Origin: Eledone cirrhosa
Lineage: Eukaryota
Assembly: GCA_964016885.1 (NCBI GenBank)
Contig: OZ024740.1
Span: forward strand, 99,076,001-99,140,000
Direction: 5' to 3'
DNA length: 64,000 nucleotides
A program made the translations under genes and the position numbers. Below, in pieces: positions 13,024 through 25,470 of this stretch. The stretch's first letter is position 1. Each line of letters begins with the position of its first letter. Under the pieces are notes generated by a model that was given only the letters and a program-made list of their open reading frames with translations, ran no database searches and was not told where the DNA came from.

Positions 13024-14997
13024 ATGTTTTTTAGAAGAATACTGGATGACTCAGAATCACTCCTACCTCACAATCCAACACCTCACACCGACACCACCAT
13101 TGTAAATATTGCTACGTTTGCCAACACTGGAATTGTAAGCAGTAGCAATATTTTAAATTTGTCTCAGGCAGACGTTCATTTCCCGCCATTACCAATGACT
13201 GCAGGTGTTAAAGCCGCCACCACCACCACCAGCACCGCGATAACCACCACCCCCACCACCACCACAGCGACAACAGAAACAAAAGGAAAAAATAAATTAA
13301 CTCGTGATATCGAAATGAATTCAACCAAAATGAACTCTTCCACACCGAACTCCACTGACGCCACCACCACCACCACAACTGAAACTAAAATTAACAATAG
13401 CAAAAATAACGATAACAACAACAGCAACAATGAAATTAAGAAAACTACCCTGAGTTTTGCCAGAGTAGCAAAAACGTGCGAAGCGATCCAGGTAACTCAG
13501 GAGGAATTAGAAGAAGCCAAAGGAATGGTAAAGAAAGATGGGTACAGGGTCAGCCCCCCACCTAATAAAATGGAGCAACGTCGCCTATGCATCGTGTCTT
13601 ATCGGACAATTAACATAAAATCGCGCCGAGTGGAACGGGCATCCGAGTCCCAAATCCAAAAAGTTTTGGGACATGTGTGGGCAAAGAAAACCCACATCAG
13701 ACGTGGGCAGAAGTATGGAACCGTGGACGTGTTCTTTGAAACACCACAGGAGGCCAGAGAACACTCCATGGCCCCATTAAGAAGTGACGACTTCACACTC
13801 ATCCCAAGCTATTGTGGCCAGAGACTTGTGAAGATCAGAGTGACCCACGTTCCACCGGCCATCGAAATTCCCTGGCTAATGGCTGCCGTCCTCGCCGACA
13901 TCGAGGCCAACACCAAAATAATAGAAATAGCAAAAGAAAAGCAGGAGAACTGGTCCGGATCTGGGATGGAGCTCCTGATCAAAGCGGACCATAAAAGCAT
14001 TGAGGAGATCCCAGAGGTAATAGACCTCACTGACGGCAGCCACCTCACCGTAATCGAGAAGGGTAGAAGACCTAGGTGTGTCGTTTGTGGTGAAGGAACC
14101 CACCTAAGAGCTTTCTGCCCTCAGACTAAAAGGTTGATGCCACTTCTCTTACCCACCCCAGTGATTCAACCATCAACACCACCACCAGCAGAAATGGCAG
14201 CAACAACTGTAGCAGCAAAAATAGAAGCAACTGTAACAGCAACAACCCCAGCAACAGTAGCAAAACCAACACCACCACCACCAACCAACGCCACAGAACT
14301 AGCACCAGCGCCTACACCATCCACCACGCCACAACCCAAACCAACGCCAGTGAAGGATTTTCCACTCCCCGACTTATCGCAACTGGAGACAGATTGTGAC
14401 GACGTGGAGTGGGAAACGGTATCAGGAAAAAAGAAAAAAAGAAACCAAAAAAGAAAAAAATTCTCTTCCTTCTCCCTCCAAAAACAAAATACAGAGGGAA
14501 ACAAATAAATTATCAAACAAAAATGTTAAGACAGATATACCACCATCCACACCAGCATCACCAACCCCATCACCACAAACACCAACAACATCACCATCAT
14601 TAACCCTAACACCACCATCAACAACACCACAAAAGTCACCAAAAAGCGTAACAGAAACAAACCCACAACAATGCAAACAAAACAAAACAACAAAAACGAT
14701 ACACACTACACAGCATTAAATTTGAACAACAACCAATTATTACACTACATGCAACACAACACCAGCATCACAGAAAAAGACTACACAACAACCCAAAAGT
14801 TCACACCGCCCCCACACATACAAATCACTCGCATCACACAGAAAACGTACACGACGCTAAAACAAAAATTCCCCAAAGACATCGGAGACTTCCGACAAAC
14901 ACTCTCCAGGAGGATTTATAAGAACATCCTTCCGGAAGAGGTCACAAGCAGTGAAAAGGATGGACAAACCATCCTTCCTCTTCGAGAAGTAAGGTAA
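13024..14997 (+). pseudogene. ORF1 of Tx1/L1-type LINE (Thr/Pro-rich, zinc knuckle), with frameshifts in the 3' part
   Basis: 494-aa ORF with CCHC knuckle CVVCGEGTHLRAFC, a SFARVA motif and a WETVSGKKKKR basic patch. It continues in shifted frames to a TAA at 14995-14997, just before ORF2. Confidence 0.8.
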
Positions 14998-15031
14998 GTG
15001 GTCTTTCCCATCTTTTCCACTCCATTTCAAC

Positions 15032-18000
15032 ATGACCTCACTCAGAATAGGCAGCATAAATGCGCGTGGCATGGGGTCCTCATGGAAGCAGGGCCACCTG
15101 CTTAACGACCTCAGGTCAGTAAACATAGATGTAGTGGCCATCAGCGAGACCAGAATCTCCGAAGCACGGGCCTTCGCACCGAATTCGGCGGCTACGATGT
15201 GTACGCATCTACCAGCCGTCCGTGATCGGGGGCGAGGATTTGCTGTGCTTTTTCGGAGAGGTTTGGATCTCGTCAACGGGACATCTTCCTGGACCCAGAA
15301 GGTAAGTTGGTGGTGCTAGACGTGACCAGCAGAGACGGGCAAGCTTTCAGGCTAGTGGCCGTCTATGCCCCGACGGGAGCAGGGCGGCCTGATTTCTTCC
15401 GGCGTCTGGAGTTCTTTCTTGGAACGTCCCGCTCTTTAGTGTTATGGGCGACTGGAACGGGATCTTAGATGCCACGCTGGGATTGTGTGGGATTAGCGGA
15501 TAGGGGAAGAGGGTGCAAGAGCCTCACCAACCTTCTCAGGCGTTTTGAACTGTCTGACAGGTACCGATTGGATTTCCCGAATGTGCCAATGTGGACTTGG
15601 ACAAATCGCATAGGGTCATCCAGATCATATCTAGATAGAGTATTTTGTAGAGAAATAGATAGGTCCAGCATAGGCTGTCCACAATTCAAGATAGTCAGCT
15701 ACACGGACCACAAATTCGTGATCTGTGTTCTTGACTTAGATAGGCTTCATAGACGAGGACCCGGCTACTGGAAGCTAAGCGCGTCCTTACCAGCGCGCAA
15801 GGCCTACAGAGACCGGATTAGCGAACTAGTCCATCGTCAACAACAAGTGGTGATTTGCTCTGAAAAGAGCAATTAGAATAGAGTCTATTAGGTTTAGTAA
15901 GGCTTCAGCAATAGAGAAAAATAGAGCAGCGGGAGAATTAGTTAGAAAATTAGACGAGGCGCTTAGCAAAGGCATCGCGACCGAGGTACTTACGGCAAAA
16001 TTGGCCCTTGACCAACTCTTCAATGCAATGCACGAAGGCTGCGTTGTCAGAGCTAGAGTGCGTGCTCTCAGACACGAGGGAACGAAAGCCGTTCAATGGG
16101 CCCGAGTGGCGGAGGCGCGTGGTGGCAACAAAGCCACGATCCGGTCTTTGGTGGACCACGACGGGCGCATGCTACTCGATCCCGGACAAGTGTCTGAAGC
16201 TTTTCAGCGACACTTCGCTCAGTTGTTCGAGGGCAGCGGCGGGCCGGATCGAGGGATGGACTTTAGTGTCTACCTCAACGGACTGCCGCGGCTCTCAGCC
16301 ACTGAGGCGGAGTGTTGCGAAAAGCCGATAACAGCCGCTGAAGTACGGGAAGCAATGACTAGCTGCACAAGGGGTAAATCGCCTGGTTTGGATGGCCTGC
16401 CCTATGAACTTTACGTACAGATGCCAGACTAGTTAATTTTAGGCCCATAACTCTGCTAAACACAGAGTTCAAGATTTTGGCCAAGTTGCTAGCAAAGAGG
16501 TTGGCACTTGTTGGTGGTCTGGTGGGAGAGGCGCAGACATGCGCCATTCCCGACAGATCCACCCACGACACCCTCCACCTCATGCGATACATCGTAGAGA
16601 GGGTAGCTAGGGAACCTGGCACGGGTGGGTCCTTGATCAATTTAGATCTGTCGAAAGCTTCGATAGGGTCGACCATCGTTACCTAGCGGCAGTCCTGAGG
16701 CCGGCTGGCTTTGGGCCCGTCTTCAGAGGCTGGATTGCTGCCATGCACAGCGACATCTGCTCTGTAGTGAGAGTGAACGGTCACCTTTCGGAACCGTTCA
16801 ACATCATGCGCTCGGTCCGCCAAGGATGTCCCCTCTCGTCCCTCTTGTACGTATTGACTCTCGAGCCATTACTGCACAAACTGGAGACGTTGAGGGGGGT
16901 CCGGCGCGAACTAGGATTCCGGAAGATCCGTGTCAGCATATGCGGACGATGTCACCGTAGTGGTGTCGAACGCCAAATACATCGAGCGATCGGCACTACA
17001 CTAAGAGAATACGAAGCGGTGACAGGAGCAATGATCAACCAGGAAAAGTCAGTGGGCCTGCAGCTCGGCACCTGGAGAGGCAGGTCCATGCCGTCCAACA
17101 GCGTCGTCGGGCGCTGGACGGACGGACCGGTTAAATTGCTAGGGATCTGGTTCGGTCCAGACCTCCAGACGGACAAAAACTGGGACGAGGTGACGAGCAG
17201 GGTGGCTTCTCTCACCCAGAAATGGGCCGAGAGGAAGCTATCCCTGAAAGGTCGAGCGGAGGTGGCTAACGCGTACATCGCGTCTGTCATCTACTACCGC
17301 CTGACCGTCGTACCTTGTCCTAAGCCCTGCCTGACGGCGCTGGAGCGTTTGCTCTTTCGCTTGTTGTGGAAGGGACGCGCTCCGATGGTCAGGCTGTCCA
17401 TCTGCTGTCAACACCCGCTACGTGGAGGGCTGGGCATGCCGTGGCTGATGATGCGCAGACACGCGCTCAGGCTACGACATCTCCACCTCTTCCTCGACGG
17501 TGATTAGGTGTGGTCGCCGTTTGCTAGACACGTTTTTACCCAGCTCATCTCCTTGACGGAGCTGCAGTCCTGGGTCAAGCGAAGACCGAGAGGGAGCGCT
17601 TGGAGACTGGAATGTCTTCAGGCGCTCACAGCCCTCGACCAATCGGGCAATGTGATCGGTGGAAACTCCACCTTGGCGTTCTATAGGGGATTAGTGGAGG
17701 GTAAGAGCGACGACGTAGTTGGAGAAACTCTAGGCGTCGACGAAAATCAACTAGCCAATCTCTTCGGAAGGACTTTCGGGCCGGGGCCTATAGACAACTT
17801 CCAGAAATCCCTGGCCTGGCAGTGCTACCGGGGAGCTTTTCCAGTTCGGGATAAACTCTACAGGCATGGAGGTGCTGTCAGCCGGGCATGTCCGAGATGC
17901 GCACAGGGCGACGAAACCGTCCTGCACGCACTCGTCCAGTATCCGAGCATTGCTGACTTGTGGGTTTATGTCGAACACCTGCTGTCACGTGTAGGACGGA

Positions 18001-18305
18001 TCCAGCTATCAGCTGAGTCCATCGTGAGGATTTCCCCGCCCTCTTCCTTTAGCCGGGAAGGGCAGGCAGTTTTTATCTGTCTGGTGGCCATGGCGAAAGA
18101 GATAGTATGGTGGACACATTTGAAAGTGCTGAAGACGAGCACTTACCTCTTCGGTGATGCCCTGATTAACTTTTTCAAATTTCATTTGAAAAGGAAAATC
18201 AGGGTGGAGAGGGAAGTGCTCTCTTCCCAGCATTTTGTTGAAAGATGGGTGAGAGAAGCAAGTATGGCCCGAATGAATGGGCCTTCTCTGAGTATGTGTC
18301 TGTAA
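15032..18305 (+). pseudogene. ORF2 of Tx1/L1-type LINE (APE endonuclease, RT, C-terminal Zn finger), disrupted
   Basis: SLRIGSINARG, AISET, VYAP, SYLDRVF, TDH, GYWKL, KSPGLDGLPYE, NFRPITLLN, SVRQGCPLS, AYADDV (frameshifted, ~16936-16953), GGLG and CPRC-ETVLH. An internal deletion falls at about 16430. The element ends near AATAAAGAAAA at about 18527-18537. Confidence 0.92.
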
Positions 18306-19150
18306 ATTAAAGGTGGAAAACTGGGAGAGGGCACTTGCCCTGGTGGTCAGGGTCACTGTGGTCTTTTAATGGGCTTTCTCCACAAATGTCCCTCGGAAGT
18401 CTCCCCCCTATTGGGGAATTTTTCTTTGTTATTTTATTACATCCTCTGTTTTTTTACACGCAGAAATGCCCATTTGTACCGTCCTGTACTGTCCTTAATG
18501 TCTACTTTATGTAAACCCTTGTGGTTAATAAAGAAAACATTATATTCCATTTATCTAATGTTTCATTATCAAATGCATTTTTAATTCAGTGCTCAATATA
18601 CAATGGAAGCAGTGTCATTAGTTATTTATTAATCTCTTGGATTTCAGTGAATTCTTGAACTATATTTATTTCTATACACTTATCTCGTGTGTTGTGCAAA
18701 TATACCCATTGGAACTATCTTATTTTCTACACCCTCTTCCCGTCTCTTCCATCTCTCTGTTTTTTACCTACCTGTCCATTCCCCTTCAATATTTCTATAC
18801 AATTTCTATTTTCATTTAAACTATTATTATACTACTGGATCCACAAATAATGTACCCAATACACCCTGTAAGGAGGTTGGCAATAGGAAGGGCATGCAGC
18901 TGTAGAAACAATACATGTGAGTTGTATCAAGGGCTTGACAACTTCTCTGTGTTGGTGTGGACATCAAAACATGCACCTAGTACATTTTGTAAAACTGTTA
19001 GTGCTAGGAAATGAATCCAGCTATAGAAAACCTGCCAAATAACGGCTTCCCTCTTGCTCGTGTCATGATAAAATGTACCCATTGTACCATTGCTAACAAG
19101 AAAAATGAATCTTGATTGTACACACACACACACACATATGCACACACATT

Positions 19151-19241
<91 letters not shown>

Positions 19242-19245
<4 letters not shown>

Positions 19246-19403
19246 GTAATCTGAGTTTCTCGAATATTAATAATAATATTTGATTCGTTTGCAATTATGC
19301 AAACAAGCCTCATTTTAAAAATGGCTTTAAAAATGAGGCTTGTTTGCATAATTGCAAACGAATAGATTATTATTATTAATACTCGAAAAACTCAGATTAC
19401 ATT
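19242..19403. repeat. ~160-bp imperfect palindrome
   Basis: AAATGTAATCTGAG...GCAAACAAGCCTCATTTT / AAAATGAGGCTTGTTTGC...CTCAGATTACATTT, centred near 19322, beside (TA)n. Confidence 0.9.
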
Positions 19404-19450
19404 TATTGTATTCAGTCATGTAAGGCGAAAAAACATTCTTTAAAAATGAT

Positions 19451-19483
<33 letters not shown>

Positions 19484-19484
19484 A

Positions 19485-20086
19485 TATATTATAATTTGAG
19501 ATTAAACTCTCAGTCGTTTATAATAAATCAGCTCCAAGAAAGGGGCATTTCCGAGCAGTGAAATACATTAATATATATGATAAACACAAAACGTGTTTGC
19601 ATTGTAACAGACAAAGTTAGCTATTAATGAAATAAACTAATTAAAGTGAATACAATTTGTCTGTCTCGATATAAGTCAATAAAACAAGCTTATATTGGCA
19701 AAGACCGTGATTCCTTGACAAATCTAAATTTCAAAATCCAAACCACTCGGTAGATGAATTTGAACTTCGAAACCTAAATGTGTTTCGCAACGATGGTACA
19801 TGAATTGAAAAATAAAGAGAATCGAAATGGAATTGAAATAAAAAGTGAAATATCCAATTCTTCTGTGCTTATCAACAGGAACCCAGTAAAATTAGTCCAT
19901 TTCACCATCAAAAATTTTGCAGGTCTGACTACACGTGTGTCTAGCCAGGCCAAACTAGCCGTCCCGCATTCCCGGTGCTAGAAATAACAGCCGTTTATGC
20001 GGGATTAAAGATCAGCTCTACAGTTAAGGAGCAATATACTATATTATAATTTGAGATTAAACTCTCAGTCGTTTACAATAAATCAG

Positions 20087-20088
<2 letters not shown>
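19485..20088. mobile_element. ORF-less ~555-bp unit with ~45-bp terminal direct repeat
   Basis: TATTATAATTTGAGATTAAACTCTCAGTCGTTTA-AATAAATCAGCTC occurs at about 19487 and 20042. Microsatellites lie on both sides. Confidence 0.6.
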
Positions 20089-20149
<61 letters not shown>

Positions 20150-20153
<4 letters not shown>

Positions 20154-21176
20154 AATATGATAATAATGGAGCTGCGGCGCTGCAAATGGGTTACATATGA
20201 AAAAGTTTGTCCTCATCAGTGGCCTTCCAACCGTCGTAGGCATTTCGTCGCATTAAAAGCCATATACCTCAGGTTGGTGCGAGCAACGGCTAAAAAAAGT
20301 CGTTGGGACACGTAAATAAAGGGCACGCTAGGGTAAACAGACAAAATAGTTTAAGCAGCAGAAAGTGATGAAGAAGAAACAAGTCCCAGATTTCTATGAA
20401 TATAAACTATTTTGTCTGTTTACCCTAGCGTCCCCTTTATTTACGTGTCCCAACGACTTTTTTTAGCCGTTGCTCGCACCAACCTGAGGTATATGGCCTT
20501 TAATGCGACGAAATGTCTACGACGGTTGGAAGGCCACTGATGTGGACAAACTTTTTCATATGTAACCCATTTGCAGCGCTGCAGCTCCATTATTATCATA
20601 TTTACACATATATTTTTTCCTCCGCTGCCACCAGTCTGTTTCGTTCTTTGTGTCTTTACCCTTTCTAGCAGTCTCTCTCTCTCTCTGTTAGCCTCTTCCT
20701 CACCTTTCACTCACTCACTCTCTGTCACTACCTCTCCTCCTCCCCTTTCTTCCCGTTTGACCTGTCCGTAATCCTTTTCTCGCAGGCACTTGGCCAAGCC
20801 GGTATGAATTTTTTTTCTCTCTCTCTCGTCTGCGAATTCACAGAACTTATGTTTACCGAATTCGCAGACCAGACCCCTTCTTCCTCCCGTTAGACCTGTG
20901 CGAAATTCCTTCCTTGCTCACATTTCAACCAGGTTTGATGGTCTTTATTCTCTCGTTCACGATTCCACCGAATTTATATTCATAGAAATCTGGGACTTGT
21001 TTCTTCTTCATCACTTTCTGCTGATTAAACTATTTTGTCTGTTTACCCTAGCGTCCCCTTTATTTACGTGTCCCAACGACTTTTTTTAGCCGTTGCTCGC
21101 ACCAACCTGATGTATATAGCCTTTAATGCGACGAAATGCCTACGACGGTTGGAAGGCCACTGATGAGGACAAACTT

Positions 21177-21181
<5 letters not shown>
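20150..21181. mobile_element. ORF-less ~620-bp unit: wrap-around tandem plus inverted partial copy
   Basis: 20150-20352 is the reverse complement of about 20404-20605, and 20404-20558 recurs at 21027-21181. A degenerate hammerhead-like motif ccaac-CTGATGt...GAAA...gttgg lies at about 21102-21152. Confidence 0.8.
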
Positions 21182-21230
<49 letters not shown>

Positions 21231-21525
21231 CCCATGCTAGCATGGAAGATGGACATTAAACGATGATGATGATCATGATAAAATATAAAACATGCATTTA
21301 TATGTGTCAGTGTGTGTGTATGTGTCTGTGAATTTGTGCATGTGTACATAGTTTTAATATTAGAATGTGGTCGCAAAACAGTGTCTATCCGTGACTATAA
21401 TTACATCTAAATTGTTCATTTAGACCAAGAATAAATTCAAAATATTTAAACAGGTTCAATCATGTAATATTGTCAATAGACACATGCTCCATATCGACAT
21501 GTTACTTCATTAGACACCAAAGTTA

Positions 21526-21701
<176 letters not shown>

Positions 21702-23093
21702 CACATTTACATAAATATGGTTTGATTTTATGTATGTAAAATATTATTGATATACTTTGATCAACTAAGATTACCCAGGCTATTATTAAACAAATGCTTC
21801 CTTAAATGACATTTAAAATTTAAAAACAAAAAGCAAATGAAATAACCGTAACAAATTCTGATGGTTGGAATTTTCTTTTAACATCTGACTGATAAATGTA
21901 GGATCAGTAGGCTGGAATTTACAGATGACATAGTATTACTTAACTTGTGAGAATATGATCAGACATGCACTTGAAGTTTGCTGACAATTGCTGCATGGCA
22001 TGAATGAATATCAGTGTTCCAAAGTCTGAGACACATCCTCTCAAGGAATCCTGCACAGTTCAGTCTACATGTGAGTGGTGTTCCACTGAACTTGGTAGTG
22101 AATTTCAAGTAACTCGTGGTCATGAATCTTGAGTAATGACTAACAGAATACGATTGCAAATACAAGTGGCCAAAATGGGGTTCCTCTGAAGGGTTTTTGG
22201 AGTAATATCACTCGATAAAATGTGAGTCATTCCAGGTTGAGCTGCTATTTCTCTGAATTGAGAGATCACAGCTTTGATATTATAGACATGTTTTTATTTG
22301 TCAGGAACGAATTGCTGAACAGATTTTATGGGCAAAATCAACTGGTATGAGACCCTGGTGTAGCCCCTGAGCAAAATCTTTAGATAGCATCCATGATTTC
22401 AGCTCTGCCTCTCTTCGGGATCCAGCTGGACTGATCAGAGGCAGTTGTTTCAGATAGGACCTGCTGGAAGTCATGCTTAGGTACTCTGCCCCATGACCCA
22501 CTCAGGAATAAGTGGGAAAAGAAGAACAACAACTACCTAGACAATACAAATATGATTAATCTTTAAATTAAACTGGTGAAAACAACCATCATGTTCTAGT
22601 CATATTAGCATTTCTCAGCAAAGCATATCCTGTTTTGTGGCCAAAACTAATAGTAATTAATGCATACAGGGAATATAGGGATGCTGATAATAGATATCAA
22701 CATTATAGTTGAGAGAAAATATCCCAGAAGTGCATTCTACAAATTAAATATGTATATGGTAGTATGTCACATATGTAAGATAGTGGGATGAAAACCTTCA
22801 GTTAGTTAGGATTATCTCAGAAAGTGTTAAACAACCATTCCCCCAAGGGTGTTTAAAATCTAAAAGCAAAAATAAATCAAGGGTGATAACTCCTATAAGT
22901 TTAGATTATTAAAACTTTCAGCACAATAAACAATGCAGATAAGATTTAACTAAAGTAGTCATTTATTTTGAAAAATCTACTCTTCTATCAAAGAGGTAGT
23001 TTTAATCAAAATAGAAACCATTAGCTGTGTGTTTTCCAGAAATATGTAATACAACTATGCTATGCACATTGATTGATGCTCATATGCACATAC

Positions 23094-23203
23094 ATCATCA
23101 TCATCATCATCATCATCATTTTACGTCCGCTTTTCCCTGCTTGCAAGGGTGGGACGGATCTTATTCAGCACAGCATCTCTCCACTCGTCACGGTCCTTCG
23201 TCA
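23094..23203 (-). mobile_element. Extremely 5'-truncated copy of the intact RTE LINE
   Basis: About 5 mismatches to the 3' end of the RTE at ~56140-56232, with a (GAT)n tail. Confidence 0.9.
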
Positions 23204-23696
23204 TATACATATATATATATACATAAACACGCACGCATGTAAATATAAATATATGTCCATACATACTCCCACACATATGTATGTACCTTCTAATTGCTCA
23301 TTAAGAAGAACAGAATGTAGTTTTTAAAAGCTGTTACTTCATATTCTCGAGTAGCAATTAAATGTCTTGAAAGAATACCATTATTATGGATTAACAGTTG
23401 TCTTTCTACTCATGCTACATTTAGAGAATAGCTGATTGAGAATATTAATATATTCATATATCTTCCAAAATCACTTGTAGGCTTAGTTGACTCGAGGCAT
23501 CATTCAGCTGGTTCTAACAGATATTTGTCATTGTTCTAGCTGTTATTTAACCATAGGTTTGAAACGATTAAGTAAACTTATTATTAAAGGCAGCCCATAT
23601 TGTTAAGTATACCATTCTTTTCTGTAAATAGTAAAAAGAATTGGAATAGACATTCATCAGTTTCAATGATGAGTGTTCTATAGGTTTCATCAATAT

Positions 23697-23883
23697 AATT
23701 GTTTCTACTTTAGGCACAAGGCCAGCAATTATCCAGTGCATTACTGGTACTTTATTTTATCGACCCCGTAAGGATGAAAGGTAAAAGTCAACCTCGGCGG
23801 GATTTGAACTCAGATCGTAAAGGGACGTAACTATGCTGGAAAGCATGGCGTCCGACCCAATTACCGATACTGCCAATCCACCC
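23697..23883 (-). mobile_element. tRNA-derived SINE (Meta-core-like)
   Basis: Reverse complement of the 41787-41977 family, with A box, B box and GCCTTTCATCC-type core. Confidence 0.9.
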
Positions 23884-24324
23884 ATCAATATAATAGTTTT
23901 TAGATGCAATTAGTGTGTATATGGCCAAGCATTCCTCAGACAATTATCTCTTTAATATAATTTTCAAAGATGGTTATATATAGAATGCAAGAGTACATGC
24001 TATTAAAGCCTATACCAAGAAAAGCCAAATTATTCTCTCCATCTCTATTTGTTTGATATATAAAAAAAAAAAGTGCAAAAAAAAGTGCATAAAATATCCA
24101 TTCTTATTTTCATCTATGATTTTATGAATTTAAAAATTGTGTCTCTCTTGGTTTTTGTAAATACTCATGACTTCCACACTGATAAAAGAAACATATATTT
24201 GTCATTAGAATTTATTCAAATTTATTACCTTCATTACTAAAAAACAAATATCTAATGAATTTGATACAATTCTACAAACACATTTTTCTTTGAAGAATTG
24301 TTTCTACTCTTGTATATATATATT

Positions 24325-24771
24325 AATATTGGTGTTCTGAAATAGTGATGTATACATGAATATATGTATAGTATATTTGAAAATATACTGTATATTTAAT
24401 CAAAAACTTTTGAAGACCATTCGCTATGAGTTTTAAAGTATTGACTATGTCACTTACTTATTCTCACCAAAAACAAATGAGAGTGATAGACAATCAATCT
24501 GTTCTCACTTGCTAGCATCTATCAAGACCACACACTCCCTTGCTTCTGCCGAAATATATAGAAGTTGGATTCTTATAGAATTCCAGTAATATTTAAGAGT
24601 TGATTAAACAGGGCGATTGCCGGTCCAACAGACTGTCGATCACTCTCCTTTGTTTTTGCTGAGAATAAGTAAGTGACATGTAGTGACTACTTTAAAACTC
24701 ATAAAGAATGGTCTTCCAAATGTTTTTAATTACACATACAGTATATTGCCAAATATACTATACATACATTC

Positions 24772-24780
<9 letters not shown>
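24325..24780. mobile_element. Decayed copy of the ~300-330-bp hammerhead-bearing family, with inverted partial copy
   Basis: Shares GGTG-TCTGAAATAG-GAT and GGATTCTTATAGAATTCCAGTAATA blocks with 28845-29300 and 60296-60861. 24650-24780 is the inverse of about 24345-24478. Confidence 0.75.
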
Positions 24781-24849
<69 letters not shown>

Positions 24850-24934
24850 TAATCCACCTGGCTGTGTTGGGGCTGATAATGTTGTTAGAAATCCATGTGT
24901 CTTTGGAAAGATTATGTATATATATATATATATA

Positions 24935-25220
24935 TGTAAAGTGGTCACGTTGGCAACATAACAAATAGCGTCCAGCCCACACTGTAATGTGTTTGTGATG
25001 GCAACATGGCAAAAAGGCACCCAGCCACACTGTAAAGTGGTCATGTAGGTGTCACGTCAAAAGGTACCCAGTCCACACTGTAAAGAGGTTGTGTTGGTGT
25101 TACAGCAAGAAGCACCCAATCCACACTGTAAATTGGTCGTATAGGCATCACAACAGGATAAATTGTCCAACCCATGCCAGCATAAAAGCAGGGACGTTAA
25201 ACGGTAATGATGATGATGAT
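24935..25220 (+). mobile_element. RTE-derived bipartite non-autonomous element
   Basis: About four tandem CCCAGTCCACACTGTAAAGTGG units (motif present in the 5' UTR of the intact RTE), followed by an RTE-type 3' end AACCCATGCCAGCAT...GGACGTTAAACG-(TGA)n. Confidence 0.7.
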
Positions 25221-25254
25221 ATATATATATAATAGCAATAATAATAATAATAAT

Positions 25255-25470
25255 AACAATGGTTTCTGATTTAGGCACAAGGACAGCAATTTTGGAAGAG
25301 GGGAAAGTTGATTAAATTGACCCCAGTTCGTGACTGGTACTTTATTTTATCAAACCCGTAGGATGAAAGGCAAAGCTAACCTCGGCAGTATTTGAACTCA
25401 AAATGTAAAGGGCCATAACTCTATGCCATGAAGCAAGGTGTCTGAATCTTTACTGATACTGTTAGTTCAC
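25255..25470 (-). mobile_element. tRNA-derived SINE, diverged copy
   Basis: TTAGGCACAAGG...CTGGTACTTTATTTTATC...GGATGAAAGGCAAAG...TTTGAACTC, with a (TAA)n tail. Confidence 0.8.
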
